A stretch of DNA of 63,873 nt, filler included, from Octopus bimaculoides (taxonomy: Eukaryota), in NCBI RefSeq assembly GCF_001194135.2. It is 5 parts of 3 records of this genome, joined end to end, with 100 filler letters (N's around TTAATTAATTAA, not from the genome) between each part and the next. Parts side by side here need not be neighbours in the genome. Positions count along the whole stretch, not along the records: positions 1 to 25,472 come from NC_068987.1; 4 more parts are not named here. One strand, 5' to 3'. A model generated the notes under the pieces. The model worked only from the letters and a program-made list of their open reading frames with translations, was not told where the DNA came from and made no database searches. Made by a program: the position numbers and the translations under genes. This document shows positions 1 to 12,030 of this stretch, in pieces. The stretch's first letter is position 1, and each line of letters opens with the position of its first letter.

Positions 1-100
1 TTCTCCACCGATAATGGTGCTTACGTACCGAAGGGCTTGGTAAAAATTATTAATTGTTGATTTATTAATAAATTGATAATCCTTTACCCTTTTAATTTGT
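1..100 (+). repeat. Dispersed repeat end with degenerate hammerhead-like motif (5-40); related fragment in opposite orientation at 30772-30823
   Basis: CCA-CCGATAA-T-GGTGC-TTAC-GTACC-GAAG-GGCT-TGG folds like a minimal hammerhead core with a 5-bp helix II. The reverse complement of 45-95 resembles 30775-30823 by eye. Confidence 0.35.
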
Positions 101-102
101 AA

Positions 103-143
<41 letters not shown>

Positions 144-249
144 CTATATATACACACAGACACAAACACGCATATGTATGGATATATGGGTGTGTATTTA
201 TTGATGGATGGATGGTTGGGTGTACGTATGTATATACACATATCTTTAT

Positions 250-445
250 CGTTTATTTGTTTCAATCATTAGACTGTGGCCCCACCTTGAAGAATTTTGG
301 AAGTCGAACGAATCGACCCCATTATTGATTATTTGTTGAACCCGGTACTTATTCTATGGGTTACTTTGCGAAACCGCTAAATTGCGGTGGCGTAAAGACA
401 ACCGCATCAGTTGCCAAGCGGTTGTGGGGAACAACCATAGACACA
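250..445 (-). mobile_element. SINE family A, 3' half, running into TA-rich microsatellite
   Basis: Matches the 3' half of family A copies at 48528 and 52002 (aatcgacccc, gtacttattctat, accgctaa). Confidence 0.85.
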
Positions 446-633
446 ATGGCACACACATACATGCAAATATGTATACATATATGTATGTATATTTATGTAT
501 ATATAAATATATATTTGCATATATAAATATGTGTTTACATATATGTATGTATATTTATGTATATATAAATATATATTTGCATATATAAATGTGTTTATAT
601 ATATGTCTATATATGTGTATATATGTATATGTA

Positions 634-1030
634 CGGTTGTGTCTGAGGAGAGTCATTCTCTTTTAGTGCCTTATAGTTTAACACACTCACCGGTAAAATT
701 TCCACTCATTTACTTATTTATTTTTCCATATATTTCGTTGCGTCTTGCAACATTTTCAATAGTTGTTGACTCTGTCCGACATTCAAGCTGCGTTCTTTTT
801 ATTTGTTTGTGCGCATGTGTGTGGGTCACTGCGTGTGCGCATACACATGTATGTATGTATGTATGTATGTATGTATGTATGTATGTATGTATGTATGTAT
901 GTATGTATGCATGCATGCGTGTGTAAGCATGTATGTATGTTTGGGCGTGCGTATGTATATATGTATGTGTACGTTTGACTGTATGTATTCTGCAAATTCA
1001 TGTGCTCGTGTGTTCATGTTTGTGTGTTTT

Positions 1031-1061
<31 letters not shown>

Positions 1062-1094
1062 CTCAGTCTCCTTGTGTGTGCATGCCTGAGTGTG

Positions 1095-1132
<38 letters not shown>

Positions 1133-1399
1133 GGTTTCTGTGACTATGTTCTGTGTCTGTATGTATGGATATGCTTATCTATATGTATGACGTGTGTCTT
1201 CATATGTGTCCTTGTGTAAAGTGAAGTGTGTGTGTATATGGTTATGTATTTCAGTCTTCATTTGCATATCTGTGTGTATGTGTGCTTGTCTGTTCATATA
1301 ACCTATGTACCTATCCGTCTGTATGTCTATCTGTTTACTTTCATATTCGTTTTAAATTATAAGACACTAAAAGAGAATGACTCTCTCCAGACACAACAG
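634..1399. mobile_element. Putative non-autonomous TIR element (MITE/foldback-like) with internal (TATG)n and (TG)n
   Basis: 637-681 and 1352-1396 are inverted repeats, 41/45 identical. No clean TSD seen. Confidence 0.7.
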
Positions 1400-1457
1400 A
1401 ATATGCTTCAATACATGAACTCACATAAAGAAGCTTGAAAACCAAAACCAAAACCAA

Positions 1458-1492
<35 letters not shown>

Positions 1493-1996
1493 GTATGTAT
1501 GTATATGTGTATGTATGTATAAACCTATACACACGTAAGTATAAATATGTATACATATATATATATATATATGTATATGTGTAGATATATTCATACATAT
1601 TATATGTATATATATTGCACACGTGCGTGTGTGTGTGTGTGTGTGTCTGTGTATTCATTTATGCACAGATGGTTAGTACTAATTGTAATTTGTAATTTTG
1701 TATTCTGTAACCAATAATAATCACCTTATGCTAATGAAACGTACGTAAGATGGTGTAATTAGACATTATATAAACAATCTCTCATGTTTTGTTTACTTTC
1801 CTGTATTCATATTATGTATGCAAACGTATTCACACTCACACACAGACATACACACACTCACGCACACATACATTCATATACAATTATATGACTTTATAAA
1901 CATATATAGTATATATGTTTATATTAAAACACCCACCGAGCAGGCACACACGCACACACATGAGCGCGCGCACACACACACACATACACACATATC

Positions 1997-2900
1997 TTGC
2001 AGAATGTTTGATGTGGAATTTGATGCTGTTGTAGACGGTGTGGATGATGTCATGTAATTTCATTGGTTCTTTTCTGGAGAAGGTCAGATCAAAGGCGTCA
2101 TTCGCGTGCCTTCGGTACATCGTGATATCCACGAGAGAGGTACCTCCAGTACAGTGTGATACCCTCGAGTGAGGTGCTTAGAATTCTTGGTCGTCTAGAG
2201 TAAAGATGTGCAGGATCCTACTGAGTCCAGATTACATTGGGAGACTGATGGATTTCCGTTTTCCGTGTCTTTGTAACTGCAGATGATTTTGGCAGAGCAT
2301 AACTTCATAAGGAAGTCTGATTGTTCTTGCTGAGATGCCAGGCATATATTCATATCCTTCTTCCAGGCGTTGGTTGACATTTCATAGCTTCTGGTGATGC
2401 ATGGGTGTGCATGGAGCAGGTATCCTGGTTATTGCCGTAATAGCTTTCCACTCGAGTCTCTTGTGAGACATTGTGAAAGGGTTGTGTAAGACTTCAGCCA
2501 CTCTCCAGATGTGCTAGTGTATGTGTGCGCAAAGAGACGCTTAAGCAACAACGTTGGAGCCATTTCATTTTCCAGAGTGATTTCTTATTAGTGATGATCC
2601 AGCGAAGTTATAGTCTTGCTAGACCATTGGATGTTTAATAGTAGGAGGGTGGTATTAAGAGGTTATATGCCTGAAAGCTTCTCTGTGTTTCAAACTGAGG
2701 TTTATGCACCAGGAGATTCTTTTACACAAGTCGTTGGTCTGATTTGTAATTGTGTTCATGGTGGTGCTGAAGTAATGTTAGTATAATTCTTCTTGTGAAA
2801 GACTGGACAGATCTGCTCTTTGTATATTCTGTTGACTATCACGCGAAAATTACTCTCTTAATTTAATTAGTCGGTATATGTAGTATTGATTCTTTAGTGA
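1997..2900 (-). mobile_element. Decayed Penelope-like (PLE) reverse transcriptase remnant
   Basis: Minus-strand translation gives, in order: GLARL*LRWIITN (cf. GLPKxHK..LRPIIS), TNAWKKDMNIC, LMKLCSAKIICSYKD..GNPSVS (cf. L.LC...F.F.....G.PLSP) and MYRRHANDAF..LHDIIHTVYNSIKF (cf. YxRYVDD.F....N..HPSIKF). Stops and frameshifts present. Confidence 0.7.
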
Positions 2901-3268
2901 GATAAAAGCAAACTTTTCCATAGCGCGGTTGTTGGTGACCAATAGATAAAGTACCAGGTCTGTATTGGGGGTCAATTCTTCTTTCTTTCTGTCCCATTTT
3001 CAGTGTCTCTTCTAGTCCTAGAGAGCGTTAGAACCGCCAAGTCTGAAAATGCCCAAGGCTCTCNNNNNNNNNNNNNNNNNNNNNNNNNNNNNNNNNNNNN
3101 NNNNNNNNNNNNNNNNNNNNNNNNNNNNNNNNNNNNNNNNNNNNNNNNNNNNNNNNNNNNNNNATGAAAACATAACAATTTAACCTTCTCGTTCTTAGTA
3201 ACTGTACCTCAAAGACAGATGAATGAAATTTATCAGTAGAAAATGTGTTAATAAGGAAAGAGAGTAAA

Positions 3269-3482
3269 GCGGCGATCTGGCAGAATCGTTAGCATGCTGG
3301 GCGAAATGCTTAGTAGCATTTCATTCGTCTTTCTGTTCTGAGTTCAAATGCCACCAAGGTCGACTTCGCCTTTTATCCTTTTGGGGTCGACAGATTAAGT
3401 ATCAGTTGAGCACGGGGGTCGATGTAATCGACTTACCCACTTCCCTGGGATTGCTGGCCTTGTGCCAAAATTTAAAACCAAT
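3269..3482 (+). mobile_element. SINE family B, full length
   Basis: tRNA-like head gcggcgatctggcagaatcgttagc, B-box-like gagttcaaat, central gtcgac..cctttt..ggggtcga..aagta, tail ccttgtgccaaaattt. Confidence 0.9.
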
Positions 3483-3697
3483 AATTGAAAGGAGTAAGCA
3501 AATTTCTGAATAGCCACAGAATAAAAATATTACCGGATTTGATAAAAGTCATGAGGTGGCTAAGAAAACTATATTTAAGCTTACGCCGATTCCTCTGTTG
3601 TATTGTTTCGCATTTATAATAAAATAAATATACACAAATTATAACAATAATAAAAAAAGATATACAATACAGTACTGTTTCTACTTCGCGGATTTTC

Positions 3698-3933
3698 GAG
3701 TTCAATTTCTAGCGGCGCTTTGTGTCCTTAAGCAATCCATTTTATTTTCACGATGCTCCAGTCCAGTTAGCTGGTAAAAATGAGTTGTGCTTGTAATTCA
3801 ATGTGGACAACTTTGTCTTGCTGAAACTCTCTGAGAACTACGTTAAGGGTACGCGTATCTGTAGAGTGCTCAGTCACTTGTTCGTTAATTTCACGAGTAG
3901 GCTGTTCTGTTGGTCGGCTAAACTAAGAACCCT
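3698..3933 (+). mobile_element. SINE family C, 5'-truncated
   Basis: Collinear with 5892-6191 (gctccagtcca, gagaactacgttaagggt, ggctgttc). Confidence 0.85.
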
Positions 3934-3959
3934 AATCGTCGGAATCGCGGGAAAACATT

Positions 3960-4230
3960 AATTTATTATAGTTTTGTTTGGGGAACTGTGTTGTGTCGGT
4001 TACACATTTTCGATTATCAAATAGAATCAAACGAAACGAGGTTCCTCCGAAAGACTCTTGGAGTAACGTTACTTGATGGGGTACGTAGATCGGAGACAAG
4101 GGATTTTCTATAGATCGAGCGCATGCTTCTTGGAATTGAGAACATATGGTTAGAATGTAGCAAGAAAGAATCACAGGACTCAGTAATGTGTCACTTCACT
4201 TTAGGTACGCCTCATCATACTGAATGAAAT
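3960..4230 (+). mobile_element. RTE-clade LINE ORF2 C-terminal remnant
   Basis: Translation IESNETRFLRKTLGVTLLDGVRRSETRDFL*IERMLLGIE resembles the RTE post-RT region (E..FLR.I.GVT.LD.VR..EIR..L). Confidence 0.6.
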
Positions 4231-4523
4231 GGTGAGAGAATCTAACGAAGAGCTTATTTAAACAATCACCTGAAGAGGCGCATTTTACATTTTGGACGTA
4301 TGATAATGATTGTACAACATCTCACTTACGTACTAAAGGTGTTAGAATGTGTTAAAACAATTGTAGTGATTTTAAAATAAAGAATGTCGTTAATTCAATT
4401 CTTTATCATTTATATTTATATAAACTCAACAGATACTATGGAATTCCTTATGTATATCCAGTAGTAGAAGGATTTCCATTATATGATGATATCAGCTAGC
4501 CAATAACTGTGGACGAGCTGTTA

Positions 4524-4568
4524 TGTTGATCAGCTCAACTAGAGCCCCAGTCGTCGTAACCGACGACT
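4524..4568 (+). mobile_element. SINE family C 3' tail fragment
   Basis: gagctgttatgttgatcagctcaactagagccccagtcgtcgtaaccgacg matches the family C tail. Confidence 0.6.
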
Positions 4569-5063
4569 TATATTTGTTAAGATCCTAAACCTAGAACGAG
4601 TAACGGAAGGAGGTAGCATGAAAGATAGAAGTTTATAATAAGTGTAGAACTCAAAATTGTATACTTTACAGCATTATCGATATAGTAGTGAAGAAAATTT
4701 GGAGAAACATTATGGAAAAATTTGAGTGTTTTTCAGCTGCCCATTATGATACGTCTTTATATGGCAAAAAGAAAAAGCTTGATAAAGATAGGTATTTTAA
4801 GGGAATGAATAAGAAATGACCAAAAAGCGAACTCAAGTTGTTACTCATGTCTGAAGTATCAGTTGGCAAAATTTCTATATGAACAACCTTGAGAATAAGT
4901 TAATAAAATGAAAGTTTAGACAGAGAGAAATTCATAAAAATTATAGTATTATAGACAGCTGAGAAACATAAAACCGATTAAGCTATAGAACTTATAGTTT
5001 TGCAAAGGAGACAAAAAAGCAGGAAACTGAGAACTTGGTTGGTTGTACAGCTCATTAAAAAGA

Positions 5064-5066
<3 letters not shown>

Positions 5067-5105
<39 letters not shown>
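5067..5105. repeat. (CA)n microsatellite
   Basis: Direct inspection. Confidence 0.95.
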
Positions 5106-5107
<2 letters not shown>

Positions 5108-5891
5108 GGAGAAACGTTCAACTACCACCCGAAATTTTAACTCTGTCGAGGCGAAAACGATGCATGTGTTCAGGGCCGATATCAGGATACTTATGGTTCT
5201 TGAGTAGCCCTACAATGTGTGCTTCTTTCTCCAAATCCTACAATATGCGTCCGTCTGCTCCAAGTCCTATATTGTGTTTTCCTTTTAATAATTTTTCCAC
5301 ATATTTCTCCAGCTATTAATTTTATTATCATACATTTCATTTTCTAGGGCGGGTTCTCCGTAGACGAGTTCTCTCCAGTGGTCCTTGTGCCACATTATCA
5401 CTCATTATATTTGTCTCAGAGACAGCTGGTGCATCATCCACTGGCCCTCCCCGTGGCTCTAAACCAGCAGAGTCATAACGACCAAGCTGTTCCTTGACAG
5501 TATAGTTAGGGGCTCTAACCCTAGTGCTGTTAAGTACACTCACCATGGTTCTTTTCAATGGCTGGTAGTACCTTACTGGCGCCACTCTAGTAAGGTAATT
5601 ATTTAACCGCATAAATGGGGCCCTAACAGGAACTAATACTCCGGGCCAGAGCAGACCTACGATTGGTGACAACTAAGGGGTAACTTCACATTTCCCACAA
5701 CTTCTGAACTCCCGAATTGGAGCCTTGCTACTGGACGTAGTTTATTGTCATACCCAGGACATACATATCACCATGTAAATTTGTAATCTGGCAAAATTCC
5801 AAGTTTCACAACAAATCATTTGACCGCCATAAAACCTCTCCAGCCCTGTCCTCTGTCAGCCTCTGTTCCGAGAGGGATCTTCCCCAGTCAT

Positions 5892-6191
5892 CACGTGGCT
5901 TAGTGGTTAGGGTATGTACCTTACGATCGTAAGGTCATGAGTTCGATTCTCGGCGGCGCATTGTGTCCTTGAGCAGCACATTTTATTTCACGTTGCTCCA
6001 GTCCACTTAGCTGGCAAAACTGAATAGTACCTGTATTTCAAAAGACCAGCCTTATCACATTCTATGTCACGCTGAATCTCTTTGAGAACTACGTTAAGAG
6101 TACGCGTGTCTGTGGAGTGCTCAGCCACTTGCACGTTATTTTCACTGGCAGGCTGTTCCGTTGATATTATTAGCTGGAACACTCGTCGTCG
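5892..6191 (+). mobile_element. SINE family C, near full length
   Basis: A-box-like tggcttagtgg, B-box-like gttcgattc, core ttgtgtccttgagca..ttgctccagtccac, tail ggctgttccgttgat..ctcgtcgtcg. Confidence 0.9.
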
Positions 6192-6886
6192 AGCACGTTT
6201 TTAGATGGATTAAGAAATTTTTCTTTAAGTTATTCAGAATGTGCGTGGATCCCCAAGGTTTTAGCGCACCAGGCCATAACTTAGTTTGTCTAGTTTGTAG
6301 CATCGGGTTAGCATGTGACAGATTCAGTCAGGTAACCCAGCAAGCTTTCAAATGCTACTATGACGAAGTCATTAATTAATCTTTCCTCCAAGTAATGCAA
6401 GTACGGAGCTGAAAACATTTGTGTTTAGGAACACTTGCACAAAAAGTACTACGTGACATGATGAAGGAAACGGAAAGATTCATAGAATAAATATGATTTG
6501 AGGTTGTAGCCAAAAAATTAATAATTGCTTCCACAATAAAAACTGTGATCAGCTGGAAAGTCAGGAAATCAAGATTTGAACTTAATATCGTTCAGTAATA
6601 GGAACAAGCGAACTGTGCGTATTACATCACAAAAAACAAAACAAAACAAAACTGTTAGTCATGATTGAGCAGTGTGGCACAACAGATAAAATTAGCCAAG
6701 TTGAGTCAGAGAAGGAGGCTTATAAATGATCATTCGATTCGTTAGAAGTATCAACCAAATCTCTCTCAAACAATGCAGTTAATCAAGGTAGAACACCTTG
6801 GATAGTATAATCCTAGATATACTATGAAAATAAGAGGGGATGGCCACGCTAGGAACAACTTATATAATGTTGTTCTAGGTATATCC

Positions 6887-7052
6887 TTTTCTACTTTAGG
6901 CACAAGGCCCGAAATTTTTTGGGTAGGGAACCAGTCGATTAGATCGACCCCAGTACGCAACCTCGGCGGAATTTGAACTCAGAATGTAAAGACAGACGAA
7001 ATACTGCTAAGCATTTCGCCCGGCATGCTAACGTTTCTGCCAGCTCACCGCC
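6887..7052 (-). mobile_element. SINE family B with internal deletion
   Basis: Collinear with 10161-10391 but jumps from tacgcaa directly to cctcggcgga, lacking the central core. Confidence 0.85.
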
Positions 7053-7664
7053 TTTGTTCTAGGTGTATCATCAATGAAAGTAAGACTAGATGGTTACAAT
7101 TGGAATTCCTTTGATCATAAATCTACTCGATTAAGACTTCCACGTGACTTAACGACGACGAGTATGGCAACAACCTCAAGCAGAGGTAACATGCATAATC
7201 CTGTTTTCCTTATTTCTTTGAAATTAATGGATTATCCCTCCTTCCTCCATTGCCCCAATTGTAGCTGAAAAACTCAAAACAATGAAAATGTCAGAGAGTT
7301 CTTAATTTGTTTTTAACTGCATGGAGGGAAGAAAATGGTATAAAGTCAGAGAATCGGGAACCGAGCAAGATTACAAAATGCGCAATAAAATCCACCGGAA
7401 TTTGTGCTAAAACAATAAATTTCAGCATTTCTGCAAAGTCGCTTACTTCATTCACGTATTGTATTGTAGGCAAGCCAACTTGGTTGTTTCGAAGATTTCT
7501 GGTGGCTTCTGACTACTGTCAGAAATCACATACACGAGAAATAAAATGAACCTGAAATCGGAGTTACATTGCAGGATTCACATTACCATTTACTACTCTA
7601 CGACTCCCGTAAATCATACGCGAATAGTAATAATAATAAATAATATTATACGAATAGTAATAAT

Positions 7665-8075
7665 GGTTTCAAACTTTGCCACAAGGGCAGCTATTTTGGG
7701 GGAGGAAATGTGTCGATTACGACGACTCCAGTGTTCAACTGGTATTTAATTTATCGACCCTGAAAGGACGAAAAAGCAATGTCGACCTCGGCGGGCTTTG
7801 AACTCAGAACGTTGTGACGGGCGAAATACCACTAAGCATTTAGCCTGGTGTGCTAGTAATAATCCTCTCCACTATAGGCACAAGGCCTGAAATTTGTTGG
7901 GAGGAGACTAGTCTGTTATATCGACCCAGTGATTCACTGGTACTTAATTTATCGACCACGAAAGGATGAAAGGCAAAGTTGACCTCGGCGGAATTTGAAC
8001 TTAGAACTTAGCGACGGGCCAAATACCGCTAAGCATTTCGTCCAGCCTGGTAACGGTTCTGCTAGCTCGCCGTTT
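7665..8075 (-). mobile_element. Two head-to-tail SINE family B copies (7665-7858 with truncated head; 7863-8072)
   Basis: Both carry atttatcgacc..gaaagga..gacctcggcgg; their tails differ. The pair is flanked by a 42-bp direct repeat. Confidence 0.9.
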
Positions 8076-8140
8076 AATAATAATAATAGTAATAATAATA
8101 AATAATATTACACGAATAGTTATAATAGTAAAAAAAAAAC

Positions 8141-8310
8141 TAATTTTGGCACAAGACCAGCAATTTTGAGTTGGACGGGGACAACTCGATTACATCGACT
8201 TCGGTATTTGACTAGTGTCGATGTAATCCCCGAAAGGGTGAAAGACAACATTGAGTTCAGTGGAATTTGAACGCAGAACGTAAAGATTCAAAAGAAATGC
8301 TGCTACGCAT
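8141..8310 (-). mobile_element. Older SINE family B copy
   Basis: ttttggcacaagaccagcaatttt..cccgaaagggtgaaag..ggaatttgaacgcagaacg. Confidence 0.75.
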
Positions 8311-8562
8311 TTTGTCTGACGCGTTATAATCTCACATATAAACTCATAAACGTATGGGAAACTTGAGGTCATCGATTACACAAAGAACATCGAACGATTG
8401 GTATATTTTGCTTAGGTTGTCATGTGAGATGGGTGTGCGAAGGGAGAACTCCATAGTGAGATATTTTTCTAGCTGAAGGTGGAAAATCAAGGGCTATCAT
8501 ATTGAAAGTGTTGTGAAATTTATGTATTTGTTGTTTGTATATATATGTATCTATATGCATAT

Positions 8563-8889
8563 ACTTAAGTTCTTCGTTCTCTAAGGAGTATAGGGCATAG
8601 ACAACTTTTCTCCACCGTTCACGGCTCTGGGCTGTTTTTTCTCTCTGTTTCTTCTCCCAGGTCATGTTCGTTTCAGATTGTCATAGATGCTTCTGTAATT
8701 TGGCTTTTTTTTCCGGTAAGGGCGTTGACCCTATGTAAACTCACTTTTACCTTTAAGAAGAAGTGGTCTACATCAGTCTGTCATTTATTGTTTGACCTGT
8801 CCAGCATGGGAGGCGTTACCCAGAAACTTGCGGTCTGCTGGCATAAATCTCAGGGTTATTGAAGCAATAAACCGCCACACCGCAACAAG
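8563..8889 (-). mobile_element. Short RTE-derived non-autonomous element (RTE 3' end plus probable 5' end)
   Basis: 8563-8665 encodes MTWEKKQREKTAQSRERWRKVVYALYSLENEELK, like RTE/RTE-X ORF2 C-termini (TW.E....AQ.R..WR..V.AL). The adjoining non-coding 8790-8889 resembles RTE 5' leaders from memory. Confidence 0.65.
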
Positions 8890-9895
8890 AAATGGACATA
8901 CACATTTATATTTATGTGTGTGTATACTTATATGTGTACATGTATAAAATGTACACATCCTACATACATACATACATATATTAGTGTATGTGTTGTGTGT
9001 GTGTGCATATGGTTCTTGACTATTTGAATTCTTTAGGGAAAATGCTAATTGGTAAGTGGTTTCATTGATTTTTATCTTAAGCGTCTTAAGAGATTACTTC
9101 TAATCAGGAAAACGAAAATAGGAGCAAGTCATGCTCAGTAAAAGCGACTAACTTTTTATTAATTGGGATGGGGTTTGTTTGGTAGATGAAAGTTGGGAAA
9201 ATCGATAATTATGATACCTCTTATTACTGTCGCTATCGACTGTCGTGACTCATACTGATAGATTTTCTAAATTTTCCCAACAATACTTCAACAAACAACA
9301 GATTTCAAAAGGTCAATCACTTTTGATACTCACGACATGCGCCTATTTTTATCCAGCACAATTAAAAATAACTCCCATTATCTCTTGGGTAAAATATCGA
9401 TGGAACCATTTAATGGAGACGGTTTCCAGTTATTATTTATATCAACAGTTATCAAATGGTAAGTTATTCGAACCATCTTTTGCATTTATTCAGTACACAC
9501 ATCTACAAACTAATCCCGCTAAACCCCTTCTTTTCCAATTCATGTTGTACGGCGACCCTCAAAAACCATTAATAATGAAGAAAAAAAGGAGATCTCAATA
9601 AGCAGTTCCGTTAGCTTCAGCATGCTGATCTAATGTGGTTAGGACGTTATTCGATGGAAATATTAAAGATTTGTTATGAACCAAAGAAATATAGTGAATA
9701 TATGGTAATAAAACATACAAAACATATGATAATATAAAAACAATAAAAGCAAATTGGTCGTCTGCCACGCTTTGAAACTTTTCCATGCCAAAGTTTTGTT
9801 TGTATATTTGAGTGTTGTTAATGTTGTTATTTTGCCAAATATATCACTAAGACTACTCTCAATAGTATTATTTCCCACAGAAATGTCTTCCTTGT

Positions 9896-10527
9896 CTTTT
9901 AACTTGTTTCAGTTACTGGACAGTGGCCATGCTGGGCTACAGCCTTTAATGGTTTAGTCGAACAAATCGACCCCAGCACTTGTTTTAAGTCTGGTAGCTA
10001 TTCTATGGATCTCTTTTACCGAACCACTAAGGTACGTGGCTGTAAACAAACCACCGTCAGATGTCAAGCGGTAGGGTAGGGACAAAAATAAGATTCTCTC
10101 TCTCTCTCACACGCACGCACACACACACACGTATGTACGACGGATTTCTACAAAGTTTCCTTATTTCTTTACTGCCCACAAGGGGCTACACACAGAGGGG
10201 ACAAACAAAGACAGACAAACGGATTAAGTCGATTATATCAACCCAGTGCGTAACTGGTACTTATTTAATCGACCCCGAAAGGATGAAAGGCAAAGTCGAC
10301 CGCGGCGGAATTTGAACTCAGAACGTAGCGGCAGACGAAATGCCGTTTAGCATTTCGCCCGGCGTGCTAACGTTTCTGCCAGCTCGCCGCCACAATTTCC
10401 GTCAACCAAATTCACTCACAAAGCATCGGTCAGCCAGGCAGAAGACACTGCTCAATGTGTCCTGCAGTGGGATTGAACCCGAAACCATGTAGTTGCAAAG
10501 TGAGCTTCTTAACCATACAGCCATGAC
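9896..10527 (-). mobile_element. SINE family A, full length, interrupted by a family B copy
   Basis: 3' half at 9896-10160, head at 10392-10527 (gggattgaaccc, aaccatacagccat). Confidence 0.85.
10161..10391 (-). mobile_element. SINE family B nested in family A
   Basis: Full head to tail, flanked by imperfect TSD acaaagtttcc (10150-10160) / acaatttcc (10392-10400). Confidence 0.9.
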
Positions 10528-10719
10528 TACACTTTTGTCTTCAAAATTACCCGCATTTTGCTACTTTTCTTCAGTTCTTTTGCAGTTTAAAATCTGTAGA
10601 AATATTTTCACTGTGAATGTTTGTTGTAGAGTTAGTATTTCGTCGCTCTGCTGTGCATGTTCATAGACAATAAAAGAGTTGAATAAAAATTGTCTAAAAA
10701 CAGATCCTTACACTTTTTC

Positions 10720-11060
10720 GTGTCGACGTCGGTGGGATGAAAAATCAAAGTTGGTCTCGGGAGGATTTGAAATCAGGGTTAGAAGAAAATATTGAAAGAT
10801 ATTTTGACGGACACTCTAACGATACTGTCAATCCAGGTCTTTGTTTCCAGAATAGGCACAAGAACTAAAAAGGTTTTGTGGCGGAATTATTCGATCCCTT
10901 CAACCCAGTACATCACTGGGAACTCCTTTTATCAGTCCCGAAAAGATGAAATACAAAATTGACCTCGGTAGTATTTGCACTCAGAACGTAAAGAAAAAAC
11001 CGGAACAGATACTGCAAGGCATATTGTTCGGCACATTAACGATTATGTCGATTCATCTTA
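10720..11060 (-). mobile_element. Two degenerate SINE family B-like copies
   Basis: aggcacaag, cccgaaaagatgaa, gacctcggtagtatttgcactcagaacgta. Confidence 0.6.
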
Positions 11061-11892
11061 CAGTATGAAAGAAAGTCACCCATATGTACATACATGCAGT
11101 TATATAAAATATCCAAATGTCCTCTCATTTCATTTTTTTCCTATCTGCTCCACACCCGTTGTCTTCTGATGAGCTGACGTCAACATAACCCATAAAAAAA
11201 CTTACGACTACTGACGAATAAATAAACAAAGCCGAGAAAAACCTCCCGAAAATTATTTTAAAAAATTGGGACCGGAAATGGAGGACGGAAAGAGTCTGAA
11301 TTTCGTTATTGTCCCACCATTCAGAGTATCCTTTCCTCTTACTAACAAAAAATACTCCTACCCAATAACAAAAATAAGGAAAAGAGATGAAATGACAAAA
11401 AATAATAATGAACACGAATATCCAAAAATAAACGAGATAATATCTAAGATGAAAGCCATAGCAAATTCTCAGGAAGTAGAAATAAAAATAACATAAGGAA
11501 AAGGAAATAGAAAAAAAATAATATAGTATATGAAGATAAATGTTGGTGATGGTGGCAGTTGTGGTGGCGATGGTGGCGGCGGAATAATGGTTCGGTCATC
11601 TGTTGCGATTTGATATCAGTTAAACCGATTTCTGAAGCTTGTGTTTTATAACAGCCGTCTGTCTGTGTTGTGAATTTCTGCCATTTATTTTACGACTGCT
11701 TAATCTCATATCTATATAGAAGATATAGAGAAAAACAAATGAAGACTTACATAAACACACGCCCCAACACACAAACGCACGCAGGTACACACATACATAG
11801 ACACGCGCCCACACAATTACACTGCATAAGATACCGAAGCACACAACGCATACACTCGCTTACTATATATAAAAATATACATACATACGCAT

Positions 11893-11909
11893 ATATATAT
11901 GTGTATATA

Positions 11910-11968
<59 letters not shown>
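11893..11968. repeat. (TA)n microsatellite
   Basis: Direct inspection. Confidence 0.95.
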
Positions 11969-11972
<4 letters not shown>

Positions 11973-12030
11973 AAACACACACTATGCCTCTGTGTGTGTC
12001 TGTAAACATTCCTAGAATTATATGATATAT

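Noticed and set aside
5337-5672. 111-aa minus-strand ORF in a GC-richer patch
   Set aside because: No recognisable motif; its 5' part overlaps what looks like a repeat fragment (about 5630-5760); no convincing splice structure.
5892-5960. tRNA-like A and B boxes here and in other SINE heads
   Set aside because: No complete cloverleaf; they continue into SINE bodies, so they are not tRNA genes.
7063-9457. Further exon-like segments (7063-7185, about 9035-9049, about 9356-9457) with AG/GT borders
   Set aside because: They cannot be chained in phase with the 6238 candidate, show no recognisable protein, and GTAAG-type sites are frequent by chance at this base composition.
11165-11185. CTGATGAG motif (also CTGATGA near 43342)
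   Set aside because: No helix II plus GAAA follows, so not a hammerhead.
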